Source of the DNA: Lepidodermella squamata
Lineage: Eukaryota > Animalia > Gastrotricha
Assembly: GCA_047495785.1 (NCBI GenBank)
Contig: JBLDXI010000015.1
Location: 2,480,001 to 2,544,000, forward strand
Direction of reading: 5' to 3'
DNA length: 64,000 bases
Positions 61,082 through 64,000 of the stretch are shown piece after piece. Within the stretch, counting starts at the first letter, position 1. The number at the start of each line of letters is the position of its first letter. Position numbers and translations under genes: made by a program. The notes under the pieces are model-generated. The model did not search any database. It was not told the DNA's origin and saw only the letters and a program-made list of their open reading frames with translations.

Positions 61082-63775
61082 TCATTTATAACCAAATAAA
61101 TTATTAGAATTGGGTAGAACAATAAACAGAAATATCGGCGTGAATGAGGCAGACATGAGTGAAATGATGAACAAGTATCGATCGATGACACTGAAAAAGG
61201 CCAACCAGACCTCACGGCCGAGTTTAGCCAAGTGTCGATCGCTCAATTCTTCAGACACCCGCTGCAATTTGGCGACGTCATTGCGCAGAGCGGTCAACTG
61301 GCGCAGCATTCGAACGGCATTTGTTGGCGTTCGGTTTTGAGGTGGAGGCTTACTTGGAACTATGGGCGGTAATGGAGGGCGGTAAAATCCCGGTTCGGCC
61401 ACTGTTCGACGACGGCCTTTGTTTGGGTTCGGGATGTTCGAAAAATCGCCGATAGTAAACGTGGCTTTATGGCCGCTTTGATCGATCGATAAATTGCTCT
61501 CATAGCCACTATAAAAAATTCAAAGGTTTAAATTTTCAAAAAAATTCAATTATTCAATAAATTTTTGAAATTCACAATTAAATTTGTTAAATTTTGATTT
61601 TGTACCTAATTACTTCCGAAATTAAATTTTAAATTTTGAATTTTGAATTTGGAAAATTTTAAATTTTAAATTTTGAATTTTAAATTTTGAATTTTGAATT
61701 TTAAATTTTTTAAATTTTCGAATTTCTAAAAATTCTGATTGTTGAGTTTTCAAGATTTTGTCCTAGATTGCCGACATACCCATTGTGGTATTGCACGAGA
61801 AATGCGGACTTGGATTGCGGAACCACGTGTTGACTGGAGCGTTTCCGCTTCGGTACACTGAAATCGCTCTCGTTGTTACTCGCGGCCACCGCTTCGTCAT
61901 TATCCATGTCTTCCTCCTTTAAATGACTCAACGACTTCCGACTCAGTCTCAACAGCCGGCTGCGGATGCGCTCGTCTTCATCCGCTATATCCTCCTTAAT
62001 AGTATCTATAACCGACTGCTTCCGGGCTGATTCGCTCTCGCAAAGTTTTTCACAAAAATCACTGCACGCTGTGTTGTACAACTCGACAGGGAAGCATGCG
62101 ATCCGGCCTAAAATATCGACAAAAATCGTCCAGGCCACGGAATTCGGAACGGATTTCGACGTTTTCGCGAAAAAATGACGCGCGAAAAACGTCTCTGCAA
62201 TAAAAATCGCAATCGATATCATAACAATATCGATATGGCACGCCAAAATTGAAAATTGTTGAGACGACCTCGGTAATTCGTCCCGAATTGAAAAATTCAA
62301 AATTGAAATTGCAATCAAATTAGCGGCGGAGAAAAATAATCGATTCGATGAATCATCAACCGGTAGAAAGTGCGCGAGAACTTGCAGGGTGGCTACAATT
62401 AAAACCGGCCCTATCATCGTAGTGACGAAATAAAACGATTTTCGCTGCAGTGATAACGTGAAATCAACCCTTGAAAAATTGAAGTAAACATCGCCGTAGG
62501 TGATTATCGAAGTTTTAGCCGCTGTTTTAGCCACTTGCCACAAGTTGTTTGTAGCGAAATGAGCCGAACTCAACGTAATCGATTTGCCGGTTGCGTTTAA
62601 AAAATTAACTGGGTAGGACCAGCTTTCTAATCGGACGACGCACGTTTGATTATCGAATGGGAAGTAAGTGATGTCGAAATCGCATCGGGTAGCGAATTTC
62701 CCAGCTGGTACCCATAAAACATTCCCGGTATAATCGACAACGGCAGCAAAGCGCTGGTTTCGAGTGATTGAAAACAGCTCAGGCGTGTTGATTAGGCCTA
62801 AATCGGGTGTCCATATGTGTTCACTGGGTAGAACTATCCATTGAATGCCGCCAAACTGGCTTGGGCTCCATGACAAACGATCGTCGAGCCAGCCCTGAAT
62901 TTATAACATTTTAGAATATTTTTTTTCAAATTTTTCAAATTTTTAATTTTCAATAATGTCAAAGGGCTACTTTCGAATAATCTGGCGGTTTTTATACCAA
63001 AATAAAATTCAGAAAACTCCCTATCGATTGAACATGGGATGTTGGGCGAAAAAACAAACTGGAAAATAATTTAAGAGTACTCTCTTAAATTCTGTGTGCG
63101 TGAGGAGTTCCAGCACACAACCGGCTCACAGCTTGGTGTGCGCATGATATTTTTTTGGCATTTATTTCTTCATGCGATTGAGACCCTATATTCAATCGAT
63201 AGCCTATTGCCCGAGCTCTATTTTGGTATAAAAACCGCCACAACATTCGACAGTTTCCCTTTGACATCATAGCGTGCCAAACTTTGGACTTCGCGCACAC
63301 TTTTCCTCCCACTTTTTAGGGTGTCTAAAAATGAGCAAAATTAACCAGTTTGAAATAAGCGGTGATGGTCATTTCCTGGTCGCTTTCGGAGACACTATTG
63401 ATTTTTAAGATAACCATCTCGATACTGACGCGGACTGAATCGTCATCCCCGCCGCATGGTCGAGCCTCCTTAACATACCTCCTGCCATACAAAATATTTC
63501 TAAATAACTCAGCTTCCCAGTCATCTATGAAAATAGTTTTTTGATTGGCTTTATTTTATTTTATTTTCGAAAGATTTACGTCTCGACATTTGTTGAACTT
63601 CGGGCGGTGGCGTTGCGAATCGTTCATTGCCGGTTGTAGTCGACGATTTTAGCGTTGTGGTAGTTTTCAGGTAGTTATTGAAACGGGTTATCTGCTCAAC
63701 TCCCGGGGGTCGGTTCGTTTTTTGACCCCAGGCACCGATAACAGCAAAAAATATCAGGTTACAAAAGTGTTGCAT
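61082..63775 (-). CDS. Cys-loop nicotinic-acetylcholine-receptor-like subunit (non-alpha type), 4 exons
   Basis: Signal peptide; Y.KEARP; WLDDRLSW.P..FGGI; IWTPD; CDFDITYFPFDNQTC; ESWSY; LQRK; M1-M3, a long loop, then M4 'VIDRYLF'. Exons approximately 63775-63580, 63526-63348, 62895-61780 and 61509-61082. Confidence 0.85.
61560..61725. repeat. AT-rich (TTTTGAA/TTTTAAA)n low-complexity intronic minisatellite
   Basis: Repeated TTTTGAATTTTAAA units visible directly. Confidence 0.6.
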
Positions 63776-64000
63776 AGTTTTTATTTCATTTACGCCAGAC
63801 TGCCAAAAATAGAGAAAAAACTAGATTATTATTAGTTTTACCAGCATTGTACCGGAAAAGTGGTGACTTGTAGGGACCGGAAAGCGCTCCGCAGTCTTGT
63901 CTTTGTTCGCCAGCTATTCACTCGGGGCCAAAGTGCAGTAAATCACGCAGGGTCCTCGCGGATGACCGGAACCGCAATGACAGAACTGTCATTACGACAG

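Noticed and set aside
1-64000. Prokaryotic systems (CRISPR arrays, defence islands, retrons)
   Set aside because: The window is eukaryotic with spliceosomal introns. No repeat-spacer array is visible, and the only reverse transcriptase is a LINE-type enzyme.

Overview
This is eukaryotic, almost certainly invertebrate-animal, genomic DNA; the species cannot be identified from sequence alone. The region is gene-dense, with GT-AG introns that are either tiny (about 45-60 bp) or swollen by transposons. I reconstructed the spliced genes by hand and checked reading-frame phase across most junctions. Genes in order: (1) a 5'-partial divergent GABA-B-like class C GPCR; (2) two GT15 (KRE2/MNT1-type) mannosyltransferase-like genes with single-exon CDS, plus a third near 59 kb; (3) an orphan SAM-like/coiled-coil gene; (4) two NPC2/MD-2-type ML-domain genes head-to-head with two tandem receptor tyrosine kinases whose ectodomains are CUB arrays; (5) four protein kinase D-derived paralogues lacking C1 domains, one frameshifted; (6) three divergent Cys-loop channel genes; (7) a 1-Cys peroxiredoxin (Prx6); (8) three DXD-motif type II membrane proteins (putative glycosyltransferases, one with a nonsense codon). 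Mobile DNA includes a decayed LINE with nested insertions and many MITEs (PIF/Harbinger-, CACTA- and Tc1/pogo-like). The best candidate for an undescribed system is the compact cassette of ML lipid-binding proteins and CUB-domain RTKs, one of them a non-RD kinase. Next are the C1-less PKD expansion and the clustered unusual glycosyltransferases. Family calls rest on motif recognition, not database searches.
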